DNA of 63,426 nucleotides, filler included, from Hyphochytrium catenoides (Eukaryota; Protista; Hyphochytriomycota): NCBI GenBank assembly GCA_900088475.1. It is 7 parts of 7 records of this genome, joined end to end, with 100 filler letters (N's around TTAATTAATTAA, not from the genome) between each part and the next. Parts side by side here need not be neighbours in the genome. Positions count along the whole stretch, not along the records: positions 1 to 14,196 come from FLMG01002302.1; 6 more parts are not named here. The stretch is one strand, 5' to 3'. Both the position numbers and the translations under genes were made by a program. Each line of letters begins with the position of its first letter. Within the stretch, counting starts at the first letter, position 1. The notes below the pieces were generated by a model. The model ran no database searches. It saw only the letters and a program-made list of their open reading frames with translations, and was not told where the DNA came from. Below, piece after piece: positions 1 through 11,816 of the stretch.

Positions 1-264
1 GCAGCAGAGAGAGACAGAGCGATGGATGATGATGTCCCACCCAGCCTGAACCTAACATGAGAGAAGACACAAGAAAGAGTCTCTCCTCTGGTCAGACAGA
101 GTAAAGTACAATGTAGGGACTCCTATGTAAGAGAGGTGAGAGTAAGGACTTGAAGAGACAGAAATTGACCGTTGTTGTGCCGCTGTAGAGGGTTTCTCCC
201 TCTTTTTCATTTTTGGGGCAGAACATGAAGGTCAACAAGGCTGGAGAGAAACTCTTCTTGTTCT

Positions 265-496
265 CGCTCTCTCTTTCTCCCTCTCTCTCTCTCTCTCTCT
301 CTCTCCCTTCCTTTCTTTCTCTCTTCCGCTTTTGGCGCTCTTTTTTTAGTGTTAGAAGATACAGACCGCACAACAGGAGACATACATCTCTCTCTGTTCT
401 CTACTTCTCTGCATCGCTTGAAACAGTTGGACAGTGGAGACACAGAGAGAGAAACAAGAGAGAGAGAGATCAGAGAGAGAGAGAGAGAGAGAGAGC

Positions 497-556
<60 letters not shown>

Positions 557-2025
557 ACATCTTGTGAAGCCAACCCTCCAGCCTAATAATAGCCCTAAAC
601 AAGCCCAAGATAGCCCCAGCCCCACCCTTTCTCCTCCTTCTGTCTTTTCTATCCCTCTCAGCTTTGGTCTTATACCCAGCACGTTAGCTCTGTATCACCT
701 CTTTACCTATATTAACGCACTAAGTACTGTATCTTTTGAATCGTTATGCATATCTCTTTTCCACTCTGTCTCGCTCTTGAGAGCACAGTTTTGGATCTCC
801 CCTTTCGGGTTTGGGCCAGTGGCGCCAGAGAGCGTAGGGAGAGAGACTAAGAGGGCACGCCCTTCGACTTGCCAGAGATTGGCAACTTCAACCACCGAGC
901 TTGCTGGAGGAGACAGACAAAGGATTACCATGGATGGCAATGCGAGACACAAAGATATGGAACAAGTGCATATTATCAGTTAGATCATAGACAAGACAGA
1001 ATGGAGGCATAGATATTGCGGTTGTTTGCAGTCTCAAGTCATTCAAGAGGACATTCTGGTGATGGAGCCCCAAGGCAATTTACACGGTTTTGAATAAATA
1101 GCACTCTACTAGTTTTCTTCATAATAAGGGCCACATCAAATCAATAAATGTTACATAAACCACAATAAAAAGAATGATCTCTGGGGAGAGGTCATGCACT
1201 GACATATTGCACGACATGCACAAACGAGAAATAAAAATGTTTGCTCCAAAGTTCAAGTTGAGGAAAACAGTGTTTCATGGTTTTTTCTTTCCATCAAATA
1301 AAAAAAATGGGAGAATAATTGGCACCCGAAGATGCCCAATTCAAAGCATGCCCACTGCTTGCCCATCACAAAAATCAACAATAAATTCTGTGGTAATTTT
1401 AGGATCTGTTGTCTTGTTTAGAAAAATCTGTAAGTAAAGGCGATATAGCCCCTCAACAGTGTGAGAACTGCCAGCAAATCATCAGCTTCCATTGCCTTTT
1501 CGTCCGCCAATCAGAGGGCGACCTAGGTCTACCCCTGGTCCGTTTCATGGATGCTTTGGACTCGTCATAAACTGTTTCCCTAAGTGGACCCAGCCAAGTT
1601 TCTTTTGTGCCAAACTGGTTCCGCCGTCAGAGAGTTATAGCCTGCTTGTTTTCTCCTGATCCTACTCCGCATTGTCTTCACATCAGCCCAAACCTTTTAG
1701 TGTTATTCCTAGTATTTAACCGCATAGGTTTATTCGCCATAAACTTGGTCATCCGAAAATGTGCCGCCTTCCCTGTTCGGGGCCTCGCAGGTCCACAGAG
1801 GCTGCAATGAAGGCGAAATTTCACAGGTCGCTCTCTATGAAAATGCAGGGCCAAATCTCTCAAACCCTAACGTTAACCGTTGCAGGCTTGTATACCTGTT
1901 TGAAGTGATATGAACCGTCCAAAGGTATGCCGCACAGTAAGGGAAGGACGTGCGAAGCGAACTGTGGTTCAGTTCTAGGGGTCACACTGCCCCTTATTTC
2001 CTAGTTCCACTTTTCTCTCTCTCTT

Positions 2026-2065
<40 letters not shown>

Positions 2066-3153
2066 CTCTCTCCCCTCCTTCCCCTTCCACCTCACCCCTT
2101 CTCTCTCTTTCTCTCTCTCTCTCGTTGTCTTTCTCTGTTAATCCGTCCTGGTCCTCTCTTTATAGATCTCTCTATCTCTCTCTGTCTTTTACCCCACACC
2201 CTAAAATCGTTTTCCTCCCTGCTCTGGTTCTATGCTGCCATCTCTAATAAGAGGGGAAGAGGCATGCGATTGTTGTCTCTCTCTCTCTCCCGCCAGCCAT
2301 GAAAACAACATTAGTTTGACTCTTTCCTGCTCACCGTCGGAGAGAGAGAGAGAAAGAGAGAGACACTCCAAACGAGAGAGAGAGAGAGTGGCTGCACCGC
2401 CTGCGAGGAGCGCGGGGTGGGCCAGGACCTGCCGCCCCGGCGCGAGTTTTGAGAAAGGCTTTTCTTCTCTTTCATAATAGAGTTTCTTTAGCTCTCCGCA
2501 GATTGTGGGGCTCTTTTGCTTCTTTTTCTCTCTCTGCCAGTCATGTTTCCCTGACATCACATTCTCTCGTTTCCTGTCCCTTTGTTTCCTTTCAAGGAAA
2601 CAGACAGTCTCGTTCCATGTCTCTTCTTCTTCTTCCGTCGAAGGAGAGAGAGGATAACAGGAGAGAGAGACAGTAAAAGGTTCTTCCGACCTGGGAACTG
2701 AATGAACGAATGAATGTGAATGTGGGGATTCCTCGAGGTCAGGAGAGGACACAAGCGAGAGAGAGAAAGAAAAAGTGGGAGAGAGAGACAAAGAGAGAAA
2801 AAGAGGCAATCATGGGCACTGAGGCTCGAGGGTTAGCAGAATGAGATAAACAGGGAAGAGGAGAGAGATGGGAAGACTGAAGGGAGTAAAGGGGAAGACA
2901 TAGGGCACTGTTTCTCTCTCTCTCTCTCTCCCGCGCGCTCTCTCTCTCTCGCGCTCTCTCTCTCTCTCTCTCCCGCTCTCTCTCTCTCTCTCCCTCTTTT
3001 CTCCCTCTTTTCCGAACGTGCCTACTGATGATCATGCCGCCTTTTTCTTTTAGCTCTATTTTCACTTCTTCCTTTATAATGATAGAAGACTTTTCCAGAG
3101 AGAGAAAGACACACAGGATGATGGGCAGCGGATTGCAGGTCTAACGGACGGGC

Positions 3154-3192
<39 letters not shown>

Positions 3193-4197
3193 CGAGGGAG
3201 AGAGAGATAAAAAGGGAGAGAGACAAGCAGGAGAAACCCTCTTTCTCCATGGTATCCAGCACTGAGGCTGACCCGCAGCTGCGATGAAGGATTTCCGTGG
3301 ATGTCAGCGCTTCTTGGAGGGGAGAGAGAGAGATAAAGAGAGAGACAGCGCCGCCATCTTCTAGAAGAAGCGTTTCTGGTTTGATGGACATAAGACTAAC
3401 AACGGTCTTCTTTCTCTTTTCCCTCTTTCTCCCTCTCCTCTCTTTCCCTCTCCTCATTAATGCGTTGTCACTCCCGACATGTTGGAAAAAGAAGAGGAAA
3501 GTCGCTGGGGAGAGAGAGAGAAAAACCTTGGCGCAAGAAACATGGAGACAAGAGAACGAGAAAGAGAAGAGAGAGAGAGAAAGCGAGAGCAGCGTTACAG
3601 AAGCTGCGCAGGGCGGACGGCGTTTGAGCGTGTTTGTTCCTTCTCCAGATTTCTTCTTTCATCTTTCAAGGAGCTGCCGTCTTTCTCTACCTCTTCTTGG
3701 ACCTTGAAGACGGATCTTCCTTCTTTTTCTTGAACCGCTTGTCCTCCATCTCCTTGAACTAGGAGAGAGAGAGAAAGCGTTATAGCAGGAAGAGAAAGAG
3801 GAAGATGCGCAACGCCTGTTTTTCGAAGGCTGCCGCCCTGTGCTAAGGTTCGCAGTGGCAGAAGAGAAGGAGGAACAGCACATAATGTCCCCACGTTCTC
3901 TCTTCTCTCTCGTTCCCTATATTCCTTTCTCCCAGAGATGGAGAGAGAAGAAGAGAGAGCAAAGAATAGAGAAAGAGAGACGGCGCTGCAGCGGCTGTCT
4001 CCTATCTTTGTTGGCCGTCTGTTTTCCTTCCGTCATGAATCTCACATTGTCTTCTTGGAACTTGTTTCTTCTTCCTACCTCTAACCTGCCTACTAATGCC
4101 ACCCAACCTCAGCTTTCTCTCTTAACTCATCTCCAAATAGCTTAGGGTACTTGTACAAAAAGAAAGAGCTTCAAAAGAGAGAGAGAGAGGGAGAAAA

Positions 4198-4228
<31 letters not shown>

Positions 4229-4420
4229 ACAACAGAGAAACCTATAATAAATGTCCTCCTTTAACCGTTTGAGCCTCTCTTTCCTCTTCGTGCGAATAGG
4301 GCGGATCTATTGACTGGATCTCGGCTCTCAATCTTCCTTTTTCTCTCACACTTCTCTCACCTATGTCTCTTTCTCCCTTCTCTCTCTCTCTCTCTCACAC
4401 TCTCTCTCTCTCGTCTCCCT
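265..4420. repeat. Region dense in (CT)n/(AG)n microsatellites, apparently non-coding
   Basis: Multiple pure and degenerate dinucleotide tracts (about 265-320, 445-552, 2015-2125, 2910-3000, 3155-3185, 4175-4230). The ORFs here are ER/SL low-complexity artefacts. Confidence 0.9.
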
Positions 4421-6557
4421 CTTCGACTTGCCAGCCAATTTCTGTTTACTAGGTCAACTTTTGTAAGCGCCGCAGAGAGAGATGTAGAGCTTATAGCGCC
4501 ACCCACGCGTAGTGCGCTCGGGGCGTAGAAGAAAGAGAAGAGAGAGAAGAAATAGTAGACTCGTTCTCTCGCCCCAGGTCAATAGCCTTTAATGAAGAAT
4601 CTACGGCTCTCATCGGTCTGTCAGTAGCACAGGACCGTCAAATCTTCAATAAACTCTTTGCCTGAGACTTACATACTGAGATTCTGAGCCAATGACGTGA
4701 CACTGACGGTTCTTTCGTAGAGATTATGAGCTGCTAAACTCTGTTATAACCACGTTCCATGGAGCTATTGGGGCCGATGCGATGCAATTATAGAGTCTAC
4801 TCTTTGCATTTCGTAAGCGTTGACAAAGGGCTCCCGCTGGCGCCGTCAGCAGTGGGGTTGCTGCTGGCTGTTGTTTATCTACGACAGACATCGGCGCTAC
4901 GTCTCTCTTTCAAGCTCTCTTCTCATTAGCTGCTGATGCTCCTTTCTTCATTATTGTCGTTACTACTCTTCAGAATGGACCTTGGCACCATAGCTTTTGT
5001 CCCTCCTTTCTATCACTTACTTTGTCCTCTTGTTGGCTCCTTTTTGGTTGAAGATGAAGTCCATGCCAGTTATCAGCAAGAAACCGGCTAGAGCTCCATT
5101 AATAAGTCTACCACGTTTGTCCCTTAGGTGCCATTCTAGCTCTCTCAGACGTAAGGAAGAAAATTTCAATGCTCAGCCCGTCATTCCCTTCTTGCTGTCT
5201 ACGATAGGATATCCTCAAAACCTTTTAGAGGAGAAGATATTCCTGCATTCCGCGACCTGATGGCTTTATCGATCTATCATGGAAGAGAGCGCCTCACTCG
5301 TTGAAAGGGCTGAAGCGACGACCTGACCGTGAGAAAGCGACGACCGTCTTCTGGGTCATCACCCTCCTTACTCTTTTGGAAGATGTCTTCTTCGTTAGGA
5401 GACATAGTAGTTTGACAGAAGAAAAAGTGCTAATATATCTTCAGGAAAAAATCGCGGGATGTATTCCGTACATCACAACTCATTGCCTCCCTTTGCTCTT
5501 GGCCCCTGAAAACGCAATGATGGGCGTGGTGCTGCTCGTGCTCTGCTTCACCGATTAACTCTCTACAGCTATGATGTCCTCGTCTCCTTCTCTCTTCCTG
5601 CTGCCTAGCAAGTGCGATCCTCTTACCGTAGATAGAAGAAGCTTGCCCAGAAGCCAGGAAAGTAAAACAGGGACCAGGAAGGAAGATCGCATCCTCATGC
5701 ACTTCCGTTCTGCTCTCCCATACAATTCTTTAGTGGTAACGGACCGCCCCTGCCCCATCAACCCAATGCCACGCTTCAGCTAAACCGTTCCCAAAGCTTC
5801 AGCGGCCAGCTCTTGATAACGGGCCGCCTTGTAAAGGAACCGATCTGCAGGGCTTTCAGCCAATCAGAATTTGGGCAGGCTCTAAGATAGCCGCTAACGG
5901 TATTAAAAGTGTCATTATATATACGCTAACGCCAATTAGAGCTGGTTTGACGCCTCTGATTGGTCGGCAGTGCTTAGAGGATTCTGCATGCTGTTCCCCA
6001 GAAAAGCCGCTGAAAATGGCTCCCATCATTCACTTCACGCTTTGGGTCCGCTGGAAAGGGCATTTTCGTGCCTAACTAGGTCGTCTTACAAAATGTGTGG
6101 CATGCGAAGCTAGGATGTGATGGTCACTATTAACTCAAGCGGTCATACCAATAAGAGGTTGACCCATCTGGCTTGTGTGCTGGTTCTTCACTAGTTACCA
6201 AAGGGTAAGGTACTTTGGTAATCATATGTCTGGCGTTGAAGGTTGAAGGTGATGATTTTCTCGTTGGAATGTTCAAGTTGCAGGCACTTTGTATAGGAAC
6301 TGCAATACAGGGAAGAGAAGCTTTCTACCACTCTTTAACAACGGTCCGCGCCAGCAGATACTGCCGCGCTTCCTATTCCTAACTACCTGCCTGCCAAAGA
6401 GTTGAGCACTTCGTTCAGCGCGTCAGGTTGCTGACTCACAGTCTTATACACTTATACAAAGTGAAGAGCTCGTGCTCGCATGCAGGCGCGTATGAACGAG
6501 GGTGGTATATGTAGATTGAAAGAGTCTTGTATCAGAAGAGAAGACCGATCCAGATAG

Positions 6558-7540
6558 ATGGAGACAAGTGGCCCCTCCACCGCTGCACGGCTATGTCAAC
6601 CACTCGTCAGGTACCTCCAGGGCCGTCAAGTATTAGACGAGCATGCAAAAAAGTGCCTGGTGGAGGCGTTGACGGAAATCCAGAATTGCCTGACAGCTAA
6701 TCGAGCGAGCATCGGAAGTGGCAGTACGGACAAGTCCTTAATCTCGCTAAAACCACAGAAGGTCATGGTAGCCTCTTCCTCGTCGTCGAATAGTGGAAGC
6801 AAGACAGATTGCAGCTCAGTCGTAAAGCAAGGTCATCTGAGAAAGCTCCGATCCATCGTAGCTACCCGACCCTACGTGGAACTGGATAGAGAGGAAAGTA
6901 ACATCACCGTCATGGAACGACTGTTGTTTGGGAGATGGTTCTTTCAATGGTGGTGGAGCTGGCGAAGATTCTTATTACCAATTGTGTGGCTAACAGGCTT
7001 TGTGGCCTGCGTGCTATGCAATGCAACACTCCTTCTCGACAACAGGAGGTTAGCTTTGATCACTGGAATAGTAAACTTGCCCTGTCTGTGTCTCATAATT
7101 CTGCATAATGCTGCTTTAGCAAACGCCACTCTTTTCTGGAGTTCTCTACGCACATTTGAGGGGAGGTTGTTCATAGTGGAGGGAACGTTCTTCTCCATAA
7201 CAGTAGCTGGAATCTTCGGTTTCTCCCCGATCGGATGGTTATCGAGCCTACATGCCATGCTGGTCCTTGCGGCTCAAGTGTCGTGGTACGATGCTCTTCC
7301 AAAGGCGGTACGGGGGAGACAAAAGTTCGCCTACCTTCTCTTCTATAGTATTTCCTGGGTCATGACGTTGCTGATGTTTTACTTTCGCGTCCCACCCAGA
7401 ATGGTAAACTATATGTGGGATCCCTTGCATGGACTACACATAAGGGATGATCCGAACACTACGTCCCGATGGGCAATTCCTTTAGTAGAAACATGCCTAA
7501 ACCGGGGTCTGACTATTCTATGTTTGCAAGTAAGGGCCAT
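6558..7540 (+). CDS. Uncharacterised multi-pass membrane protein, 3' end lost in the N gap at 7541-7599
   Basis: Uninterrupted non-repetitive ORF of about 328 codons. A soluble N-terminus is followed by 5-6 hydrophobic helices (FLLPIVWLTGFVACVLC, LALITGIVNLPCLCLIIL, FFSITVAGIFGF, FAYLLFYSISWVMTLLMFYF). Confidence 0.7.
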
Positions 7541-8222
7541 NNNNNNNNNNNNNNNNNNNNNNNNNNNNNNNNNNNNNNNNNNNNNNNNNNNNNNNNNNNT
7601 TCCAATATGCTCATCTCCTCTTATTCTTCTAAGCTATTCATGCCAGTCAACAACTAGTACTGCTACGTCGCCCGTATTACTGCCAACCTTCCCAGTTGTC
7701 GGTCCATGTCGCATAGCTGGGCTTGACCGAGCTAGGTGGTGGCCCCAGAACACTAACTATTGTGATAGCGCAGCACTAATAACATCGTCATACTCACAAT
7801 AACTCGTGTTTCTCTACCAAGAAAAGCAAGATAAACAAATTTGATGAGTCTCCTTAGCTTTCTGGTGGGAGACTCTTATCGTTTGTTGCTTCTCGGGTTG
7901 GTTTGTTGCTACTAGTCTCTCAGGAAGTAAGGAAGAAGGCGAAACTCTATTCGTCAGCAGTGAATGTAACTGAACTGTCCCAATCTCTCACTCCTTTCAC
8001 CTCTATAAAACATCGTAGTTAGAGTTTGGTCTTAATCTCGCCTTGAAAACGTCGTTCTTCCACATATAATCTCCGATGTCAATCACCTTGTGAACCTTTA
8101 TCACCGTCTTCCCAAGCACAAACTTCTACTACCTCTATAGACTGCGCGATACTTTCCTCCTGACAAGCCAGACCGACGCTACGGCACAGCCCACCGCCGC
8201 ATGCCTTGTCACCAGAAGGCCC

Positions 8223-8456
8223 AGCTGCCAAGCTTAAGATCCTTAAAGGAGTCAATCCGTTGCGCCAACGACGCCCTCAAAGACGATGTACAGAGATCTT
8301 ATAAGTCTTCAGAAGGGCACAAGTGCAGCTTGGGAGAAGGGCCAAGCTGCCATGCTTAAGATCCTTCAAGGAGTCAATCTGTTGGGCCAACGCCATCAAA
8401 GACGATGACAGAGATCTCCATAAATCTTCAGAATGAGAGGCACAAGTGCAGCTCAG
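8223..8456 (+). repeat. Degenerate tandem duplication, period about 122 bp
   Basis: agctgccaagcttaagatccttaaaggagtcaatc... at 8223 versus agctgccatgcttaagatccttcaaggagtcaatc... at 8345. Both copies end in ggcacaagtgcagct. Confidence 0.85.
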
Positions 8457-9009
8457 GAGCGCCGTCCAGCTAACAAGATATCCCTTCATTTTCAAAATCA
8501 GCATTGTGTGTGAGTATCAATGTGTGCTTTTAGTATTAGAACGGAGACAATAGTGGTTGTGTTTAGTAGTCACATTGTGTGTTTGACCTGCATTCTGGAC
8601 TGTGAGACACTCATCAAACACAACGTAATACCTCACCCACAACTCTCATACTTCTAAGCTCTACATGCTATACACAGGCAGATGTCACACTCACACGCTT
8701 TCCTGGTGGTGTTGGACACAATCATCGCTGTTCAGTGCTTCCGTCTCAATCCTTCGCCGCCCCAATGGCTCAAACTCCTATCGTATCAACCTAAAGGTAT
8801 TCTGCCCAACTATGATAAAATACCGACGTTTAACGTTCTCTTAGCCGCTAACGAGCTACGGCATCTGGAGATGAGCCGCCACGGTGCTTTATTAGTTGAG
8901 GCCAGTTTCTTTAGAAAGGCCGCCTCGCTGTCAAGCACAGAGCAGCCCACATTGGGTTCAATCAGAACTTTTGCTCTCTTTCTCTCTCGCGCCCTCTCTC
9001 TCTCTCTCC

Positions 9010-9093
<84 letters not shown>

Positions 9094-9481
9094 GTCTCTC
9101 TCTCTCCCTCTCTCCCCCCCTCTCTCTCTCACTTGCTCTCTCTTGCTCTCTCTCTCCGGAGTCTCTCCGTAGTCTTTCCCTCACTCCCTCTTGTTTCACC
9201 TTCCTCACCTCCTGTCTTTCTCTAGGAACTAATTAACTAATTGCTTCTCTACGCCAGCCTCCCGTCTTTTTCTTCTTCGCCTCACTTCTTACGATCAGTT
9301 GTAGAGTTTCTTTCCGAGCATCAAGTTAACAGCTAGGAAGCCACCTGGTTGGCTTTGTTTCTCTCTCTTTATCTCCCTCTCTTTCCCTAACTCTCTCTCA
9401 CTCTCTCTCTCACTCTCTCTCTCAATCCTTCTCCCTTTTTCTCTCTTTCATTCTCCCTGTGGCACTAAAAGTTCATACAAA

Positions 9482-10888
9482 ATGGACCGTCCGCCAGCAA
9501 GGAGAGAGAGCAGTCGAGGGCTCAACCTCGCAATACGTCTCGATCTGTCTTCTCCGCAAGGAAGAAAGAGAGCCGCAAAGCAGCTGAAACGTTTTCTGAA
9601 GAAGAAAGGAGCTCCTGCTCTTCTTCTTCTCTCTCTCTTTGCTTTCACGGTTATCCCGATCATCATCAACCTTGTTCTCTGGATCATCGTGAAAGTCTTT
9701 CTTCTTCTCTCTCTCGTCTTTGGCTATAGACTCTGGAGATCTATGTCCGGGGCAACCAGCTCCAGGAGAGAAAGAAGCAGTCTCTCTCCTTCCTCTTCTT
9801 CTTCTTCTTCCCATCCTCTGCCTCTCCCGCAGAGCGTACAGTCAGACTCTCGTCTTCTTTCTCTCTCTCTTCTGCCAGTAAAGCTCACAAGCTTTTCGAC
9901 TGGAGAGACTCGAAGATTGAACATAGAGACACGCTTTCTTACGAGAGAGAGAGTGCTGCACCATCTCTCTCTTCTCTTCCCAGAGACACTGCGCCATCAC
10001 ACGGCACTGCAGTACATTGACGAAGAAAATGACAGAGTTACCATCGGCACAGAAGAGGAGTTTGTCGAAGCGTGTCTCCATCAATTACTTAGGACTCCAG
10101 AGGGCAAAGGTCCGATAAAGCTTATGTTCTCTCTCGGCGAAGAGAGAGAGCAAGAGAGAGAAGGAGAAGAGTTGCTCTCTCTTTCTGATGTCACCACGGG
10201 AGTGAGAGCTTTTCTCTTCCAAGTGAAAGAGAAAGTGGAGACATTGGATGTTAACTCTTACCTCCGAGAAGCAGGAGAGAGACTGAGCAGGTTTGCAGCC
10301 TCTTTCTCGGATGATGAGGAAGACACCACAGAGCACACTTCCACTCCTAGAGCTGGTGCTTCTTCTCTCTCCTCTTCTCAAGGAGAGAGACAAAAGGGGG
10401 AGAGAGACTATGAAGGAGAGAGACATTTTTGTTCGCCCTCTCCAGCTTTTCACGCCTCTGATCTTCGACACCGTACAGTGCCTCAGGCGCAGGCATTTTA
10501 TCCGTCTCTTCAGAGCTCTCGTCTCTCTCCTCGTTCTTCTCTCTCTTCTGCCTCTCTCCCGGCTGTGTCTCCACCGTCTCTCTCTCCTCCTGCCCCACCC
10601 GCGCCGTTTCTCCCTCCTCCTGCCCCTCCAGCTCCACCTGCTCCTTCTCTCTCTCCTCCTGCTCCACCTGCTTTGTCTCTCTCTCCTCCTGCTGATCCTA
10701 CTTCTCTCTCTCATAGTATGGACACGGACTGGGAGTCAGTGTTGGAGGAAATACACGGCGAGAACTGGGAAGAAGAGATGGAAATGGTCAAACAAGTTCT
10801 TCCCTCGGTGGAGGAACAGCGCTGCAGGCTTCTCCTAAGGCAGCACGATGGCGATGTAGGAGCTGTGCTGGATCAGCTACTTAGGTGA
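9482..10888 (+). CDS. Membrane-anchored PB1-domain protein with Pro-rich linker, candidate LIR/AIM and C-terminal CUE/UBA-like domain (p62/NBR1-like architecture)
   Basis: Intronless 468-aa ORF. Contains a hydrophobic stretch of about 37 aa, a PB1 basic cluster VKL...TRRL, an acidic OPCA motif LQYIDEENDRVTIGTEEEF, DTDWESV, and C-terminal MVKQVLPSVEEQRCRLLLRQHDGDVGAVLDQLL resembling CUE. Confidence 0.8.
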   Translation: MDRPPARRESSRGLNLAIRLDLSSPQGRKRAAKQLKRFLKKKGAPALLLLSLFAFTVIPIIINLVLWIIVKVFLLLSLVFGYRLWRSMSGATSSRRERSSLSPSSSSSSSHPLPLPQSVQSDSRLLSLSLLPVKLTSFSTGETRRLNIETRFLTRERVLHHLSLLFPETLRHHTALQYIDEENDRVTIGTEEEFVEACLHQLLRTPEGKGPIKLMFSLGEEREQEREGEELLSLSDVTTGVRAFLFQVKEKVETLDVNSYLREAGERLSRFAASFSDDEEDTTEHTSTPRAGASSLSSSQGERQKGERDYEGERHFCSPSPAFHASDLRHRTVPQAQAFYPSLQSSRLSPRSSLSSASLPAVSPPSLSPPAPPAPFLPPPAPPAPPAPSLSPPAPPALSLSPPADPTSLSHSMDTDWESVLEEIHGENWEEEMEMVKQVLPSVEEQRCRLLLRQHDGDVGAVLDQLLR

Positions 10889-11147
10889 AAAGGATGGGAG
10901 AGAGAAAAAAAAAAGAGAGAGAGAGAGAGAGAGAGGAGAGAAAAAGAGGGAGAATAAGGGCAAAGAAGATTGCTATGTAGAAACGTTAGATATATAAGAT
11001 AGGCTAAGCCAACTTTGATGAAAAGGATGGGAGAGAGAAAAAAAAAAGAGAGAGAGAGAGAGGAGAGAAAAAGAGAGAGAATAAGGGCAAAGAAGATTGC
11101 TATGTAGAAACGTTAGATATATAAGATAGGCTAAGCCAACTTTGATG
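10886..11147 (+). repeat. Near-perfect tandem duplication of about 130 bp starting at the stop codon of the PB1 gene
   Basis: tgaaaaggatgggagagag...ggctaagccaactttgatg at 10886-11020 and 11019-11147. The copies differ mostly in microsatellite length. Confidence 0.85.
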
Positions 11148-11193
11148 GACAATATACTGCAAAGAGTGGCTTCTCTCCAAACAACTGAAAACG

Positions 11194-11224
<31 letters not shown>

Positions 11225-11583
11225 GAGAGCGCTTAAATGTTGTTGTTGAGGGACAGCCTGCAGTGGAAGAGGAAACAGAACTTTGTTTGCCTCTCTTACG
11301 AAGAGAGCAATTGAGCAAACGTAGGGAACATCTGAGTGTGGAGTGTGAGAGAGAGAGAAAGGAAGAGAGATGCGCTTTGACTCTTATATGTTTTCTTCTT
11401 GAAGGTAATGGAACTTGGAACAATGGAAGACAGCTCCAGCGTGTGAAAGAGAGAGAGAGGAGCCACAGATAAAAGTCCATGAAAGAAGTATTTGTTATCG
11501 CGATCTCTTAACATTTTACCGCGGCATCGGCTCTGCTCTGCACTACGAGGAGGGACATACATCTGGCAACACGAACAGGAAGG

Positions 11584-11614
<31 letters not shown>

Positions 11615-11816
11615 AAGAGAAAAATGAGAGAGAAACGAAGAAGAGAGAAACAAGACATTGACAGAGAGAGAAGAAGAACTAAAGAGAGACCTTTGTGGTA
11701 TAGCAGAAGGAGAAACTGCAGGAGATGTGCGGACGGGAAGAGAGAGAGACGTTTCTGAGAAAAAGAGAGAGACAAGAGTAAAGTGCGATAAAGAGTTCGA
11801 GAAAGAGCGTAAACAA

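Noticed and set aside
92-4528. Numerous 60-250 aa ORFs rich in ERER or SLSL (also at 12900-14140, 33100-34200 and 43900-46100)
   Set aside because: They are translations of (AG)n/(CT)n microsatellites, which lack stop codons, and show no domain signal.
1505-5970. ccaatcagagg(g)cg at about 1507 and its reverse complement at about 5951 as element termini; telobox-like aaaccctaa at 1862
   Set aside because: The match is short and better explained as independent CCAAT-box-like motifs. There is no coding relic or TSD, and a single telobox is not evidence of a telomere.
10886-11147. 130-bp direct repeat as a possible LTR or regulatory duplication
   Set aside because: The copies are adjacent and differ mainly in microsatellite length, consistent with a haplotype or assembly echo. 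There is no internal element.
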